From an uncultured Gammaproteobacteria bacterium (lineage in GTDB: Bacteria; Pseudomonadota; Gammaproteobacteria; Steroidobacterales; GCA-2729495): 64,000 nt of DNA. A program made the position numbers and the translations under genes. Shown one piece after another: positions 7,700-18,193 of this stretch. The stretch covers positions 2,216,022-2,280,021 of the forward strand of contig CAWDHQ010000001.1 of the NCBI GenBank assembly GCA_963802215.1, given 5' to 3'. The notes beneath the pieces are model-generated. The model was given only the letters and a program-made list of their open reading frames with translations, was not told the origin of the DNA and searched no databases. The first letter of the stretch is position 1, and every line of letters starts with the position of its first letter.

Positions 7700-9760
7700 A
7701 TGCTAGGGGCCTTCGAGGGCCGAAAAGCAATAATGCAGCCCCGCACACGCCTACATTCAATGGCTGCCGGCCTGGCTGTCGCAGCGGCGGGTCCGGCGCT
7801 GGCCGCCGACACCGGCGCGGTGACGCCCGTGGTCCTGCTCGCCGTCCTGCTCGGCCTGCTGGTCGCGCTCGCCCTGGTGGCCCTCGTGCTGCGCACCCGG
7901 CTGGCCCGGAGCCAGGGCGCCATCAACGAGCTGACGGGAGCCGTGGAGCGGCTGGCCCAGGGCGACTTCAGCCACGGCATCGGGATCCCTGGCACGGGCG
8001 ATGTCGAGGCGCTGGCGGAGGCCCTGGACCGCCTGCGCCTCGGCCTGCGGACCTCGGCGAGCTCCCGCGACTACCTGAGCCAGGTGATCGCCAGCATGAG
8101 CGACGCCGTCGTGCTGGCGCGCATGGACGGCTCCATATCCCAGGCCAACCCGGCTGCCGAGCGGCTGCTGGGACGGGACGCTGCCGACCTGCGCGGCCAG
8201 TCGCTGGTCAACCTGGTGGCTGAAAGCCAGCGGGCCTCCTTCACGCTGGGCGACACCAGGTCCCGTACGCGGGAAATCGCCCTGGTGAATGCGGCCGGCG
8301 AGGAAGTGCCCGTGTCCTACACCTGCGCAGAGATCACGGCCAATGAGCCTGCCCTGCACGGTTATGTGATCACCGCGCGAAACATCAGCGAGCGCAAGAT
8401 GGCAGAACAGCGCATCCGCTATCTCGCACGCATCGATTCGCTGACGAAGGTGCCGAACCGCATGCAGTTCCAGCACCTGCTGCAGCGGGCGATCGCGCGG
8501 GCCCGCCGCGGCAACCACCGCCTGGCGCTGATCTACCTGGACGTGGACAAGTTCAAGGAGATCAATGACACCTTTGGCCACACAGCCGGCGACCTCTGCC
8601 TCGAGACGCTGACCGACCGGCTGCGGAGCATTCTCCCCGACTCCTCCGTGATCGGCAGGCTGGCCGGTGACGAATTCGGGGTAATCCTCGACAACCTGGA
8701 TCCGGCGCGCAACCTGCGGGCGGAAGTGGTGGCGACCACCCGCTTCCTGCAGGAGACGATCACCGAGCCGCTGCACTACCAGGGCCACCAGGTGTACCTC
8801 AGCACCAGCGCGGGCATCGCCCTGTACCCGACCGACGGCAACAATGTCATCGACCTGATCCGCAACGCCGATGCGGCCCTGTACCGAGCCAAGCGCCAGG
8901 GTGGCGGCGCCCTCGAGGTGTATCACACGGACATGAATGCGGCGGCCGTCGAGCGGCTCATGTTGAAGAGCCGGCTCCGCAAGGCCTTCGAGAAGAACGA
9001 GTTGCGCGTGCACTACCAGCCGAAAGTCGACCTGCGCAATGGCTCGATAGCCGGCGCCGAGGCGCTGGTGCGCTGGGAACTGACCGACCGGGGCATCGTG
9101 CTGCCGTCCGAGTTCATTCCCCTTGCCGAGGAGAGCAACCTCATCCTGCAGATCGGCGAGTGGGTCCTCGACCGCGTGTGCACCGACTACAAAAGCTGGG
9201 CGCTGATGCCGGCCCGGCCGGGTCGCGTATCCGTGAACCTGTCACTGCGCCAGCTGAAGCAGAGGGATTTCATCGGCCGCGTCCAGGCCATCTATGCGAA
9301 ACACGGCATCGCTCCGGACGTCCTTGAACTCGAGATCACCGAAACGACGTTGATGGAGGATCCCAAGCGAACGCTTCACCTGCTCCACGAACTCCATCGC
9401 CTGGGACTGCGCCTGGCCATCGACGACTTCGGCACCGGATACTCCTCCCTGAGCGCGCTCCAGCAGTTCCCGATCAGCACGCTCAAGATCGACCAGTCGT
9501 TCGTCCAGAACGCGACCACCGACCACGACCAGGCGACGATCGTGGCGCTGATCATCGAGATGGGGCACAGCCTGAAGCTGGAGGTCGTTGCGGAGGGCGT
9601 GGAATCCGAGGAGCAGCTGCGCTTCCTCCGGGCTCTCAAATGCGATTACGCCCAGGGCCTCCTCTTCGGCCGCGCCATGGCCGCCGACGACTTCCGGGAC
9701 CTGGTCATCGACCAGGGCGGCGGCGCCGGGCGGTACCAGCCCCTGTTCGCGCGGCGCTGA
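7700..9760 (+). CDS. membrane-bound HAMP-PAS-GGDEF-EAL signalling protein (c-di-GMP turnover)
   Basis: 686-aa ORF with a TM segment, a PAS-like region, a GGDEF domain whose site reads RLAGDEFG, and an EAL domain (EALVRWE, DDFGTGYSSL). Start could also be 7733 or 7760. Confidence 0.85.
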   Translation: MLGAFEGRKAIMQPRTRLHSMAAGLAVAAAGPALAADTGAVTPVVLLAVLLGLLVALALVALVLRTRLARSQGAINELTGAVERLAQGDFSHGIGIPGTGDVEALAEALDRLRLGLRTSASSRDYLSQVIASMSDAVVLARMDGSISQANPAAERLLGRDAADLRGQSLVNLVAESQRASFTLGDTRSRTREIALVNAAGEEVPVSYTCAEITANEPALHGYVITARNISERKMAEQRIRYLARIDSLTKVPNRMQFQHLLQRAIARARRGNHRLALIYLDVDKFKEINDTFGHTAGDLCLETLTDRLRSILPDSSVIGRLAGDEFGVILDNLDPARNLRAEVVATTRFLQETITEPLHYQGHQVYLSTSAGIALYPTDGNNVIDLIRNADAALYRAKRQGGGALEVYHTDMNAAAVERLMLKSRLRKAFEKNELRVHYQPKVDLRNGSIAGAEALVRWELTDRGIVLPSEFIPLAEESNLILQIGEWVLDRVCTDYKSWALMPARPGRVSVNLSLRQLKQRDFIGRVQAIYAKHGIAPDVLELEITETTLMEDPKRTLHLLHELHRLGLRLAIDDFGTGYSSLSALQQFPISTLKIDQSFVQNATTDHDQATIVALIIEMGHSLKLEVVAEGVESEEQLRFLRALKCDYAQGLLFGRAMAADDFRDLVIDQGGGAGRYQPLFARR

Positions 9761-9803
9761 CCCTGCGGCATAATCTGCCCCTCTTCATACCGGAGCCTAT
9801 CTC

Positions 9804-10148
9804 ATGCGCCGCCTCAGCCCCCTTGCCCTGATGGTCCTCGCCACCTTCCTAGCGCCCGCCGCCCAGGCCGCCTGCGAATACCCGGCGGAAGTGAAGATCC
9901 CTGACGGCAAGAGCGCCACGCAGGAGGAAATCACGGCCGCCAGCACGTCGGTGAAGAAGTACCTCGCCGACATGGAGGCCTACACGGCCTGCCTCGATGC
10001 CGAGGTCGCCGCCGTGCCGGTGGAGCAGCAGACCCCCGAGATCAAGGCCATGCACGTCAAGCGGTACAACGCCGCCGTGGATGCCATGGAAGCCACCGCT
10101 AACGCGTTCAACGAGCAGCTCCGGGCCTTCAAGGCCGCGAAGAAGTAG
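9804..10148 (+). CDS. small secreted protein, unknown function
   Basis: 114-aa ORF with signal peptide MRRLSPLALMVLATFLAPAAQA and two Cys in the mature part. Its TAG stop lies inside a REP arm. Confidence 0.55.
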   Translation: MRRLSPLALMVLATFLAPAAQAACEYPAEVKIPDGKSATQEEITAASTSVKKYLADMEAYTACLDAEVAAVPVEQQTPEIKAMHVKRYNAAVDAMEATANAFNEQLRAFKAAKK

Positions 10149-10237
10149 GAGCGCCTTCAGGCGCGACCGGGAATTCCCCGGCAGGCGCGTCTCAGCGCCA
10201 GAGGGGAGTTGCCGGCGGCGCCTGAAGGCGCTCCTGC
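10145..10237. repeat. REP-like inverted pair (GTAGGAGCGCCTTCAGGCGCGAC ... GCGCCTGAAGGCGCTCCTGC)
   Basis: Two inverted arms of about 20-23 nt separated by about 50 nt, immediately after the stop of 9804..10148. Confidence 0.85.
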
Positions 10238-10297
10238 GTTGGAGTGCTTTAAAGCCCAGCGCCGGTTAGAATCCGCGCCCCGAACCGAGGACGACCC

Positions 10298-11275
10298 ATG
10301 ACCAAAGCCGCGAGAGTCACCATTACAGGCGCAGCCGGGCAGATCGGCTACCAGCTTGCCTTCCGTATCGCTTCCGGCCAGCTGCTGGGGCCAAACCAGC
10401 CCGTGATCCTCCAGCTGCTGGAGATCACACCCGCTCTGGGCGCGCTGGGTGGCGTGGTGATGGAACTGGAGGACTGCGCGTTCCCGACCCTGCAGGGCGT
10501 GGTGGCCACCGACCAGGCCGATGTGGCCTTCAAGGACACCGACTACGCGCTGCTGGTCGGCGCCAAGCCCCGGGGCCCCGGCATGGAGCGGGCCGACCTC
10601 CTGCGCGACAACGCGAAGATATTCTCGGTACAGGGCAAGGCACTCAACGAGCATGCGAGCCGGCAGGTCAAGGTGCTGGTAGTCGGCAATCCCGCCAACA
10701 CCAACGCCCTGATCGCCCAGAGCAATGCCCCCAGCCTCAATCCCGCCAATTTCACGGCGATGACGCGCCTCGATCACAACCGGGCGCTGGCCCAGCTGGC
10801 GGCCAAGACCGGCACCCACGTGAGCCAGATCAGCCGCATGACGATCTGGGGCAATCATTCCGCCACCCAGTATCCCGACATCCACCATGCCCTCGTGAAT
10901 GAACGCCGGGCCAGCGAGCTGGTGGATGCCAAGTGGGTGAAGGACGACTTCATCCCCACCGTGCAGCAGCGTGGCGCGGTCATCATCAAGGCCCGGGGCC
11001 TCTCCAGCGCGGCCTCGGCCGCCTCCTCCGCCATCGACCACATCCGCGACTGGGCCCTCGGGACGCCCGGGGACGACTGGGTGAGCATGGCCGTGCCCTC
11101 GGACGGCAGCTACGGCATCAAGGAAGGCATCATCTATTCCTATCCGGTGCGCTGCGCCAAGGGCAGGTACGAGATCGTCGAGGGCCTCGCCATCAGCGAT
11201 TTCAGCCGGGAGCGGATGAAGGCCACCGAAGAAGAGCTGCGCCAGGAACGGGACGCCATCGCCGCGTTGCTTTAA
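10298..11275 (+). CDS. mdh: malate dehydrogenase (LDH-like/cytosolic-type MDH)
   Basis: 325 aa with [15 protein letters not shown] fold, [10 protein letters not shown] and TRLDHNRA motifs. Confidence 0.93.
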   Translation: MTKAARVTITGAAGQIGYQLAFRIASGQLLGPNQPVILQLLEITPALGALGGVVMELEDCAFPTLQGVVATDQADVAFKDTDYALLVGAKPRGPGMERADLLRDNAKIFSVQGKALNEHASRQVKVLVVGNPANTNALIAQSNAPSLNPANFTAMTRLDHNRALAQLAAKTGTHVSQISRMTIWGNHSATQYPDIHHALVNERRASELVDAKWVKDDFIPTVQQRGAVIIKARGLSSAASAASSAIDHIRDWALGTPGDDWVSMAVPSDGSYGIKEGIIYSYPVRCAKGRYEIVEGLAISDFSRERMKATEEELRQERDAIAALL

Positions 11276-11293
11276 ACCAACATTTTGGAGTCC

Positions 11294-11341
11294 GCAGGAG
11301 CGCCTTTAGGCGCGATCGGTCGCGCCTAAAGGCGCTCCTGC
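11294..11341. repeat. REP-like hairpin, probable mdh terminator
   Basis: GCAGGAGCGCCTTTAGGCGCGA-tcgg-TCGCGCCTAAAGGCGCTCCTGC: perfect 22-bp stem with a 4-nt loop, 19 nt after the mdh stop. Confidence 0.85.
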
Positions 11342-11377
11342 GGCTATAGTCATGGGCCAATCCCGAGAGATCTGGCC

Positions 11378-13867
11378 ATGGCTGACTTCCTGATCTGGCT
11401 GCTCTGGACCATCGGACTGGCGACGGTCGTCGTCACGCTCGCCTACCGGCGCACCGACCTGCCCACCTCGACCCTCGTACTGGGCTTCGCCCTGGTGGTC
11501 TACTCGCTTTTCGGCACCGGCTGGCTGGCCTGGAAGCTGATCCTCTGGGTTCTGCTGGCAGGCCTGGTGGTTTTGAACTCCACCGGCTTCCGCCGCGAGC
11601 GCATCACGCTGCCGCTCCTCCGCTTTTATCGCACGGTGGTCCCGACACTCTCGGACACCGAGCGCGAGGCGCTGGAAGCCGGGACGGTCGGCTGGGACGG
11701 CGAACTGTTCACCGGCCTCCCGGACTGGGGCAAGCTCATGGCGCTGCCGGCACCTGCGCTGACTGCCGAGGAACAGGCCTTCCTGGACGGCCCCACGGAA
11801 GAGCTGTGCCGCATGGCGGACGATTGGCAGATCACCCACGAACTTGCCGACATGCCGCCCAACGTCTGGGCGTTCATCAAGCAGAACCGCTTCTTCGCGA
11901 TGATCATCCCGAAGCGCTACGGGGGGCTCGAGTTCTCGCCCATCGCCGTGGCCGCAGTGCTGGCGAAGCTCTCGAGCCGCAGTGCCGTGGTTTCCTCCAC
12001 GGTCGGCGTGCCGAACTCCCTGGGGCCCGCGGAACTGTTGCTCCACTACGGCACGGAGGAGCAGCGGGAGCGCTACCTGCCCCGCCTGGCCACGGGCGAG
12101 GAAGTTCCCTGCTTCGCGCTCACCGGGCCCCGCGTCGGATCCGACGCCGCCGCGATTCCGGATACCGGGGTCGTCTGCAAGGGAATCTGGCAGGGCCGCG
12201 AGGTCGTCGGAGTCCGCCTTAACTGGGACAAGCGCTACATCACGCTGGCGCCCGTCGCGACCGTGCTGGGCCTGGCCTTCAAGCTGTCAGATCCCGAGCA
12301 CCTGATTGGCGAGGAAACCGAACGCGGCATCACCGCAGCCCTGATCCCGGTACGCACACCCGGGGTGGAGATCGGACGCCGCCACCACCCCCTGAACATT
12401 CCCTTCCAGAACGGTCCGACCCGGGGCCGGGACGTGTTCGTGCCGCTCGACGCCATCATCGGCGGGCCGGAGCGGGCCGGCCAGGGCTGGAAGATGCTGG
12501 TCGAGCAGCTGTCGGCGGGCAGGGGCATCACGCTCCCGTCGAGCGCCATGGGCGGCAGCAAAGCCGTCGTCTGGGCCTCAGGCGCCTACACGCGCCTGCG
12601 CAAGCAGTTCAACGTGCCGGTCTGCGAGTTCGAGGGCGTGGGTGAGGCACTGGCGCGGATCGCAGGCTATACCTACATCATCAACGCCGGCATGACTGTG
12701 ACTGCCACGGCAATCGCCCGCGGCGAGAAGCCCGCCGTGCCTTCGGCGGTGCTCAAGTATCACTGCACGGAACTGGCCCGGAAGATCGTCAATGACGCCA
12801 TGGACGTCCACGGCGGCAAGGGAATCATGCTCGGGCCCTCCAACTACCTTGCCCGTGGCTACCAGGGCGTGCCCATCGCGATCACAGTTGAGGGCGCCAA
12901 CATCCTGACCCGCAGCCTGATCATCTTCGGGCAGGGGGCCATACGCTGCCATCCCTTCGTACTCAAGGAGATGGAGGCGGCGAAGGACCCGGACTTCAAC
13001 CGCGGATTGCGCGATTTCGACAAGTACCTCTTCGGCCACGTCGGCTATGCATTCAGCAACGCGGCCCGCTCCTTCGTGCTGGCACTGACGAATGCGGAGG
13101 CCGGCAGCGCCCCGGTGGAGGGACCTACGGCGCGCTACTTCCAGCACGTCAATCGCTACAGCGCGGCCTTCGCTCTGGCGGCGGACGTGTCCATGCTGGT
13201 GCTCGGGGGCCGGCTGAAGCGCAAGGAAACGCTCTCGGCCCGCCTCGGCGATGTCTTCAGCAGCATCTACCTGGCAAGCATGGTCCTGAAGCATTTCGAC
13301 AACCAGGGCCGGCAGGCCGGCGACCTGCCGCTGGTTGAATGGGCCTGCCGCACGCTGCTGTACCAGGCCCAGGAGCAGCTGCATGGCTTCCTGCGGAACT
13401 TTCCGAACCGGATGGTGGCGGCGCTGCTGCGCGTGTGCATTTTCCCGCGGGGCCGTATGTACTCGGCGCCGTCCGACGACCTGGGCCGCGAACTCGTGGA
13501 GCTGATCACCCGGCCGACCGAAACCAGGAACAGGCTGTGCGACGGAATCTATGCGACCCGGCAGCCGGACTCGCCGCTGGGCCAGCTGCAGGCGGCGCTC
13601 GAGACTGCAGAGCGCCTGGCCCCGGTGGAGGCCCGGGTCCGCGAGGCCATGCGTGCCGGCATCCTGGAACACGGTGCCGTGCACGAGCGGGTCGCCCAGG
13701 CCCGCGAGCGCGGTGTGATCTCTGCGGAAGAAGCGCGCCAGCTGCAGGACTTCGACAACATGGTGCTGGCCATCACCGGAGTGGACGATTTCGATCCGGC
13801 GGAACTCCGGCGCATCGCCCAGGCCACGGCATTGCCGTTTCATGACACCGCGGGGGTGGTCGGTTAA
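11378..13867 (+). CDS. fadE: acyl-CoA dehydrogenase, FadE type
   Basis: 829 aa. Has the N-terminal membrane-associated segment and the long acyl-CoA dehydrogenase core typical of E. coli FadE (about 814 aa). Confidence 0.88.
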   Translation: MADFLIWLLWTIGLATVVVTLAYRRTDLPTSTLVLGFALVVYSLFGTGWLAWKLILWVLLAGLVVLNSTGFRRERITLPLLRFYRTVVPTLSDTEREALEAGTVGWDGELFTGLPDWGKLMALPAPALTAEEQAFLDGPTEELCRMADDWQITHELADMPPNVWAFIKQNRFFAMIIPKRYGGLEFSPIAVAAVLAKLSSRSAVVSSTVGVPNSLGPAELLLHYGTEEQRERYLPRLATGEEVPCFALTGPRVGSDAAAIPDTGVVCKGIWQGREVVGVRLNWDKRYITLAPVATVLGLAFKLSDPEHLIGEETERGITAALIPVRTPGVEIGRRHHPLNIPFQNGPTRGRDVFVPLDAIIGGPERAGQGWKMLVEQLSAGRGITLPSSAMGGSKAVVWASGAYTRLRKQFNVPVCEFEGVGEALARIAGYTYIINAGMTVTATAIARGEKPAVPSAVLKYHCTELARKIVNDAMDVHGGKGIMLGPSNYLARGYQGVPIAITVEGANILTRSLIIFGQGAIRCHPFVLKEMEAAKDPDFNRGLRDFDKYLFGHVGYAFSNAARSFVLALTNAEAGSAPVEGPTARYFQHVNRYSAAFALAADVSMLVLGGRLKRKETLSARLGDVFSSIYLASMVLKHFDNQGRQAGDLPLVEWACRTLLYQAQEQLHGFLRNFPNRMVAALLRVCIFPRGRMYSAPSDDLGRELVELITRPTETRNRLCDGIYATRQPDSPLGQLQAALETAERLAPVEARVREAMRAGILEHGAVHERVAQARERGVISAEEARQLQDFDNMVLAITGVDDFDPAELRRIAQATALPFHDTAGVVG

Positions 13868-13876
13868 TATCGCGCC

Positions 13877-14398
13877 ATGAAAGTCCAAGCTAGCCGCCTT
13901 CTGCTTCTGGCCGCGTTCGGCCTGGCCATCGCCGCCTGCGGCAAGCCGCCCGCCCCCGAGGCCGAAATGCCAGCCGCTGCCCCGGCGGTAGCGGAAGCAC
14001 CGTCCGTCGAAGCGCCGGCGGCTGAATCCGCCGCGCTGCTGCCGCGCAATACCTCGCCCGAAGGAGCCCGGGTTGAGATCCTGAGCCCGAAGGACGGGGA
14101 TGTCGTCACGTCGCCCGTGAAGGTGGTGTTTGGCCTCGAGGGCATGACCCTGGCGCCCGCCGGCGATCCCACCCCGAATTCGGGACACCATCACCTGCTG
14201 GTGGACGTCGCGGCCCCGGACCTGGCCCTGACCATTCCCAAGGACGCGCAGCACCTGCATTTCGGCCAGGCGCAGAGCGAGGCGGAGATCACACTGGCGC
14301 CAGGGCAACACACGCTGCAGCTCCTGCTGGGTGACACCAATCACGTCCCCCACAACCCGCCGCTGATCTCCGCGCCCATCACCATCACCGTGCAATGA
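13877..14398 (+). CDS. lipoprotein, DUF4399-like
   Basis: Lipobox LAIAAC, an Ala/Pro-rich linker, then an SGHHHLLVD motif as in DUF4399 proteins. Confidence 0.6.
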   Translation: MKVQASRLLLLAAFGLAIAACGKPPAPEAEMPAAAPAVAEAPSVEAPAAESAALLPRNTSPEGARVEILSPKDGDVVTSPVKVVFGLEGMTLAPAGDPTPNSGHHHLLVDVAAPDLALTIPKDAQHLHFGQAQSEAEITLAPGQHTLQLLLGDTNHVPHNPPLISAPITITVQ

Positions 14399-14414
14399 AC
14401 CCCTTAGCGGCGGA

Positions 14415-15947
14415 TTGACTAATCCCGCCGCAGCTCCCGACGGCACGCGCATGGCGCCAACCACGCAACGCAAGGCAACCCCATCACCCGCAACCGGCAC
14501 TCCCGGAATCAGCGGGATGGCGCTGTACCTGCCCGCCTACCGGGTCGACCTCCGGCAGTGGTGCGAATGGACTGGCGGCGACTGGCAGAAGATCCGCCAG
14601 GTCGTAGGCTCCGGATTCCGCCTGCTCGGGCCGCGCCAGAGCGTCTACACGATGGCGGCCAATGCGCTGCTCCGCCTGATCCGCAATTACGACGTGGACC
14701 CGACGAGGATCCGGTACCTGGCCCTCGGCACCGAGTCCAGCACCGACAACTCGGCCGGGGCAATCATCGTGAAGGGCATGGTGGACGACGCCCTCCGCGC
14801 CCTCGGCCTGCCACCGATCGCCCGGACCTGCGAGGTCCCGGAGTTCAAGCACGCCTGCCTCGGAGGGATCTACGCGCTGAAGGGTGCCGTGCGCTTCCTC
14901 AGCACCGACGGTGACGACAGCCTCGCTGTGGTGATCTGCACCGACAAGGCCCTTTACGAACGGGGCAGCAGCGGCGAGCCCACCCAGGGCGCGGGCGCCG
15001 TGGCCATGCTCCTCGAGCCCCGGCCGCGACTGGCCAGCATCGACCTGCGCCACGCGGGCACGGCCTCCGAATACCGGGGCATCGATTTCCGGAAGCCCCT
15101 CACGGGCCGCCTTAACGGCCACGCTCATTCCCTGGATATCCCTGTCTACAACGGCCGATACTCGACCAACTGCTACGTGGATGAGGTGCGCCGGGCGCTC
15201 GATGACCTCTACGCCCGGCGCTCCCTTGCACCTGCCCCTTACCTGCGCAGCGTGGATGCGATCTTCATGCACCGGCCCTACGCGCGCATGCCGGAAACAG
15301 GCTTCGGCGTGGCCTACCTCTTCGCCCTTGCCCAGGGTGACGCCGCCGACCAGGAGGAACTCGCCACCTATTGCCGGGGAGCCGGCGTGCTGATGGGCGA
15401 AGTGCTGGAGGAGATGAGCACGGCGCCCGAGCTCGGACTTCTGGCCGTCTGCGACCGCATCCAGGACGAGATCTTTCCGCTCACCATGGCCGTGCTCAAG
15501 GTCTTCAGGCAGAGCGAAGCCTTTGGCAAGTACGTGCACGGCAAGATGGAACTCGGCGCCGACTGGATGCGCGAGGTCGGCAATCTCTATACCGGCGCAC
15601 TTCCCGCCTGGCTGGCCGCCGGCCTGGCCGACGCCGAGCGCCGCGGAACCGCCCTGGCGGGCCACGAACTTCTCACCATCGGCTATGGCAGCGGCAATGC
15701 GGCAGACGCGATCCCGCTCAGGGTCGTGGAGGGCTGGGAAGCAGCTGCCCGCAAGATTGGCGTGGAAGAGGCGCTGCGTCCCGCGATCGACCTGACCGCG
15801 GAACAGTACCTGGCACTGCGGGACGGGCTGGAGCCACGCGGCCTCGAGATTACACCCGCGGCGGAGTTCGTGGTGGAGCGGATCGGCGTGGAGGTCGGGC
15901 ACGCGTTCCAGGATTCGGGTGTGGAGTATTACCGCTACGTGCACTAG
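14415..15947 (+). CDS. mvaS: hydroxymethylglutaryl-CoA synthase
   Basis: 510-aa ORF (TTG at 14415; ATG alternatives at 14451 and 14517). GTESSTDNS and the EFKHACLGG catalytic Cys region are HMGS-like, and it is adjacent to other mevalonate genes. Confidence 0.8.
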   Translation: MTNPAAAPDGTRMAPTTQRKATPSPATGTPGISGMALYLPAYRVDLRQWCEWTGGDWQKIRQVVGSGFRLLGPRQSVYTMAANALLRLIRNYDVDPTRIRYLALGTESSTDNSAGAIIVKGMVDDALRALGLPPIARTCEVPEFKHACLGGIYALKGAVRFLSTDGDDSLAVVICTDKALYERGSSGEPTQGAGAVAMLLEPRPRLASIDLRHAGTASEYRGIDFRKPLTGRLNGHAHSLDIPVYNGRYSTNCYVDEVRRALDDLYARRSLAPAPYLRSVDAIFMHRPYARMPETGFGVAYLFALAQGDAADQEELATYCRGAGVLMGEVLEEMSTAPELGLLAVCDRIQDEIFPLTMAVLKVFRQSEAFGKYVHGKMELGADWMREVGNLYTGALPAWLAAGLADAERRGTALAGHELLTIGYGSGNAADAIPLRVVEGWEAAARKIGVEEALRPAIDLTAEQYLALRDGLEPRGLEITPAAEFVVERIGVEVGHAFQDSGVEYYRYVH

Positions 15948-16000
15948 TCAGCCGCGGCGCTGACTCTGGCAACGACGCCCGAATCACCCCTGGCGCAGGA

Positions 16001-17110
16001 TCAGCCCTGGCGCAGTCCGACCCGCTGCACATCCCCGCGAACACTGAGCCCCGGCGCGCACAGGTCCACGTCCAGCACCCGGAATCCTGCCGTGGCGAAC
16101 GCGGCGCGCACGGCCCGGTCCACCGCCCGGGAGTCGGTCAGCGCAATGCCAAAGTCGCCGCCCCCGGCGCCGGAGGGCTTGTAGACCGCGCCGTGCTTCA
16201 CGGCAATCGCACGCAACCGTTCATGCACGGGGGAAAAGATCCCGATCCCCGCCGCGGCGTCCAGCAACCGCAGGCCGGACTCGTAGCCGGCAATGGCGCC
16301 GAGCACGCCGGGTGCGTCTTCGGCGTTCCACGCCGCGACAGCCTGGGCGGCATTGGCCCCTAGCCGCTCCATATGGCTCGCAAAGCGCGTGGCATCCCGT
16401 TCCCGGTAGGCGCGTAGCCGACCGAGCATGAACGGGGTGGAGGCGCTCTCTCCCGACCACACGGCCGCCATGGAAAGCTGCCGCGGCCAGGAAACGGGAT
16501 GGGCCCGGGGCACGCTCATACCTGCGCCCTGGTCGCGGGCGAAATCGATGGCTACGGCGCCACCGGTAATCGCCGTGGCGACGTCAATGCCGCTTCCCGC
16601 ACCACCCTGGAGCCTCCGGTGCGCTTCGTGGCAGATGGCGATCAGCATCTGCCGGGGCAGGGCCGGCCCGCCGGCGAAGCGCAACAGGGCACCGGTGAGT
16701 GCAACCACGATCGCGGCGCTGGAGCCCAGGCCGAGCTTCACCCGATGCCCGTCCGGCCCGGCCTGGTGGAACGCCGCTGTAACCAGCTCGATCTGGCAGG
16801 CCGGTAATTCCGTTGCATGGGGCAGCAGGCCGCGCACGGCGAGGATCTCGGCGCAGGCCTCCAGCGGGAGGCCGAAGGCGCCGGGAGAGACGCCTTCCCA
16901 TCGCGTGCCACTCCCGGCGACCCAACGGAACCGGAAACTCTCGCCCGTGTCCGGAATCAGCAGCTGGTTGCCAGACCCGGGCATCGGCCTGATCCGCGCT
17001 TCGGCACGGACGTCGACGGCGACAGCCAGGCCTGGCGCGCCTTCCAGCACGGCGTACTCGCCGACGATGACGAGCTTGCCGGGCGCCTGGGCTTCAATCA
17101 GTTCCGGCAC
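16001..17110 (-). CDS. phosphomevalonate kinase (GHMP kinase family)
   Basis: C-terminal part of track ORF 16001..17299. GTG at 17110 gives VPELIEAQAPGKLVIVGEYAVLEG (PMK-type GEYAV motif) and GLGSSAA. It overlaps the mvaD stop by 17 nt. Confidence 0.7.
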   Translation of the reverse strand: MPELIEAQAPGKLVIVGEYAVLEGAPGLAVAVDVRAEARIRPMPGSGNQLLIPDTGESFRFRWVAGSGTRWEGVSPGAFGLPLEACAEILAVRGLLPHATELPACQIELVTAAFHQAGPDGHRVKLGLGSSAAIVVALTGALLRFAGGPALPRQMLIAICHEAHRRLQGGAGSGIDVATAITGGAVAIDFARDQGAGMSVPRAHPVSWPRQLSMAAVWSGESASTPFMLGRLRAYRERDATRFASHMERLGANAAQAVAAWNAEDAPGVLGAIAGYESGLRLLDAAAGIGIFSPVHERLRAIAVKHGAVYKPSGAGGGDFGIALTDSRAVDRAVRAAFATAGFRVLDVDLCAPGLSVRGDVQRVGLRQG

Positions 17111-18065
17111 GCAGGCGGGCCCCCTCACCCAGCGGGCTGCGCAGGATCCGGAGCACGCCGGGCACGGCGGCGAGCGCTGCCGCGACCTCGTCGGCGGCCC
17201 CCGGCAGGCACACGGCCTTGACCTGGGGCCCCGCATCGACCGTGAAGAACACCGGGACGCCACCGCGTCGCATGTCCTGCACCCGGTGCAGGCAGGCAAG
17301 GGTCGCCGGCGTCCAGTAGATCAGCGGCGGGCGGGTCGTCAGCATGACGGCATGCATCTTCAGGCAGTTGTGCTCGGCGAGCTCGGCGAGCGCCGCGAAA
17401 TCCCGGGAGCGCACGGCCGCCAGCCCGGCGGCAAGGTCAGCCCCGTGGGTCTGCACCCAGGCGTCGTAGTAGGGCGAGGTCTGCTCGCTCAGGGCCATGC
17501 CGGTACGGGAACTCGTTTCCTTGGGGCCGGTCGTGGTGACGGCCACCACGATCTCGAGGGGCCAGTCGGCTGGCGACGTCACCTGCTCGCAGACGGTGGT
17601 TGCGTCCCGGTTCGTGAGCACCACCACTCCACCCAGCAGGGACCGGGGTGCGGAACCGGAGCCGATCCGGGCAATCTCGGCAAGGCGCTGGCCATCGAGG
17701 TGGAGGCCGAGCGCGCCGGCGCCCGCCGTGACCAACGCGGCGAATCCGGACGCCGAAGATGCCAGACCGGCGCCGGTCGGAAAGTCGTTGCGGGATTCGA
17801 CGGTGGCCCGGGCGATCACCCCGGCTTCCCGACGCAACTCGTCGAGGCAGGCGCTGACGCGGGCGGTCGTCTCGGCGTCTTCCCGGCCGTCCAGCAGGAC
17901 GCGGTCCCGGATCAGGGCGGGGTCGAACTGGACGCTGGTCTCGGTGGCCAGGCCGCCCAGGACGAGCGACAGGGACCCGGTGGCCGGCAGATTGCCGGCA
18001 CGGGCGCGCTTGCCCCAGTACTTGACGAGGGCCACGTTGGGGTGGGCCACCGCGACCGCCCGCAT
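17094..18065 (-). CDS. mvaD: diphosphomevalonate decarboxylase
   Basis: 323 aa with NVALVKYWGKR, GLASSASG and GSGSAPRS motifs. Confidence 0.9.
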   Translation of the reverse strand: MRAVAVAHPNVALVKYWGKRARAGNLPATGSLSLVLGGLATETSVQFDPALIRDRVLLDGREDAETTARVSACLDELRREAGVIARATVESRNDFPTGAGLASSASGFAALVTAGAGALGLHLDGQRLAEIARIGSGSAPRSLLGGVVVLTNRDATTVCEQVTSPADWPLEIVVAVTTTGPKETSSRTGMALSEQTSPYYDAWVQTHGADLAAGLAAVRSRDFAALAELAEHNCLKMHAVMLTTRPPLIYWTPATLACLHRVQDMRRGGVPVFFTVDAGPQVKAVCLPGAADEVAAALAAVPGVLRILRSPLGEGARLRAGTD

Positions 18066-18193
18066 CGGGACTCCTCGCCGGGAATTGCTGCCAGTCCGGA
18101 ATTATAGCCCGACCAATATTGGCGCCGGGGTTGGCTCGCTCCCGCGCTACCCACTATCCTGTTGCGGTCCGTCCCACACTCGATCCCCGGTGC

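Noticed and set aside
8650-8670. AGDEF instead of GGDEF in the diguanylate cyclase domain as evidence of an inactive cyclase.
   Set aside because: A single G-to-A change at the first position is tolerated in some active enzymes. Activity cannot be judged from sequence alone, so no claim is made.
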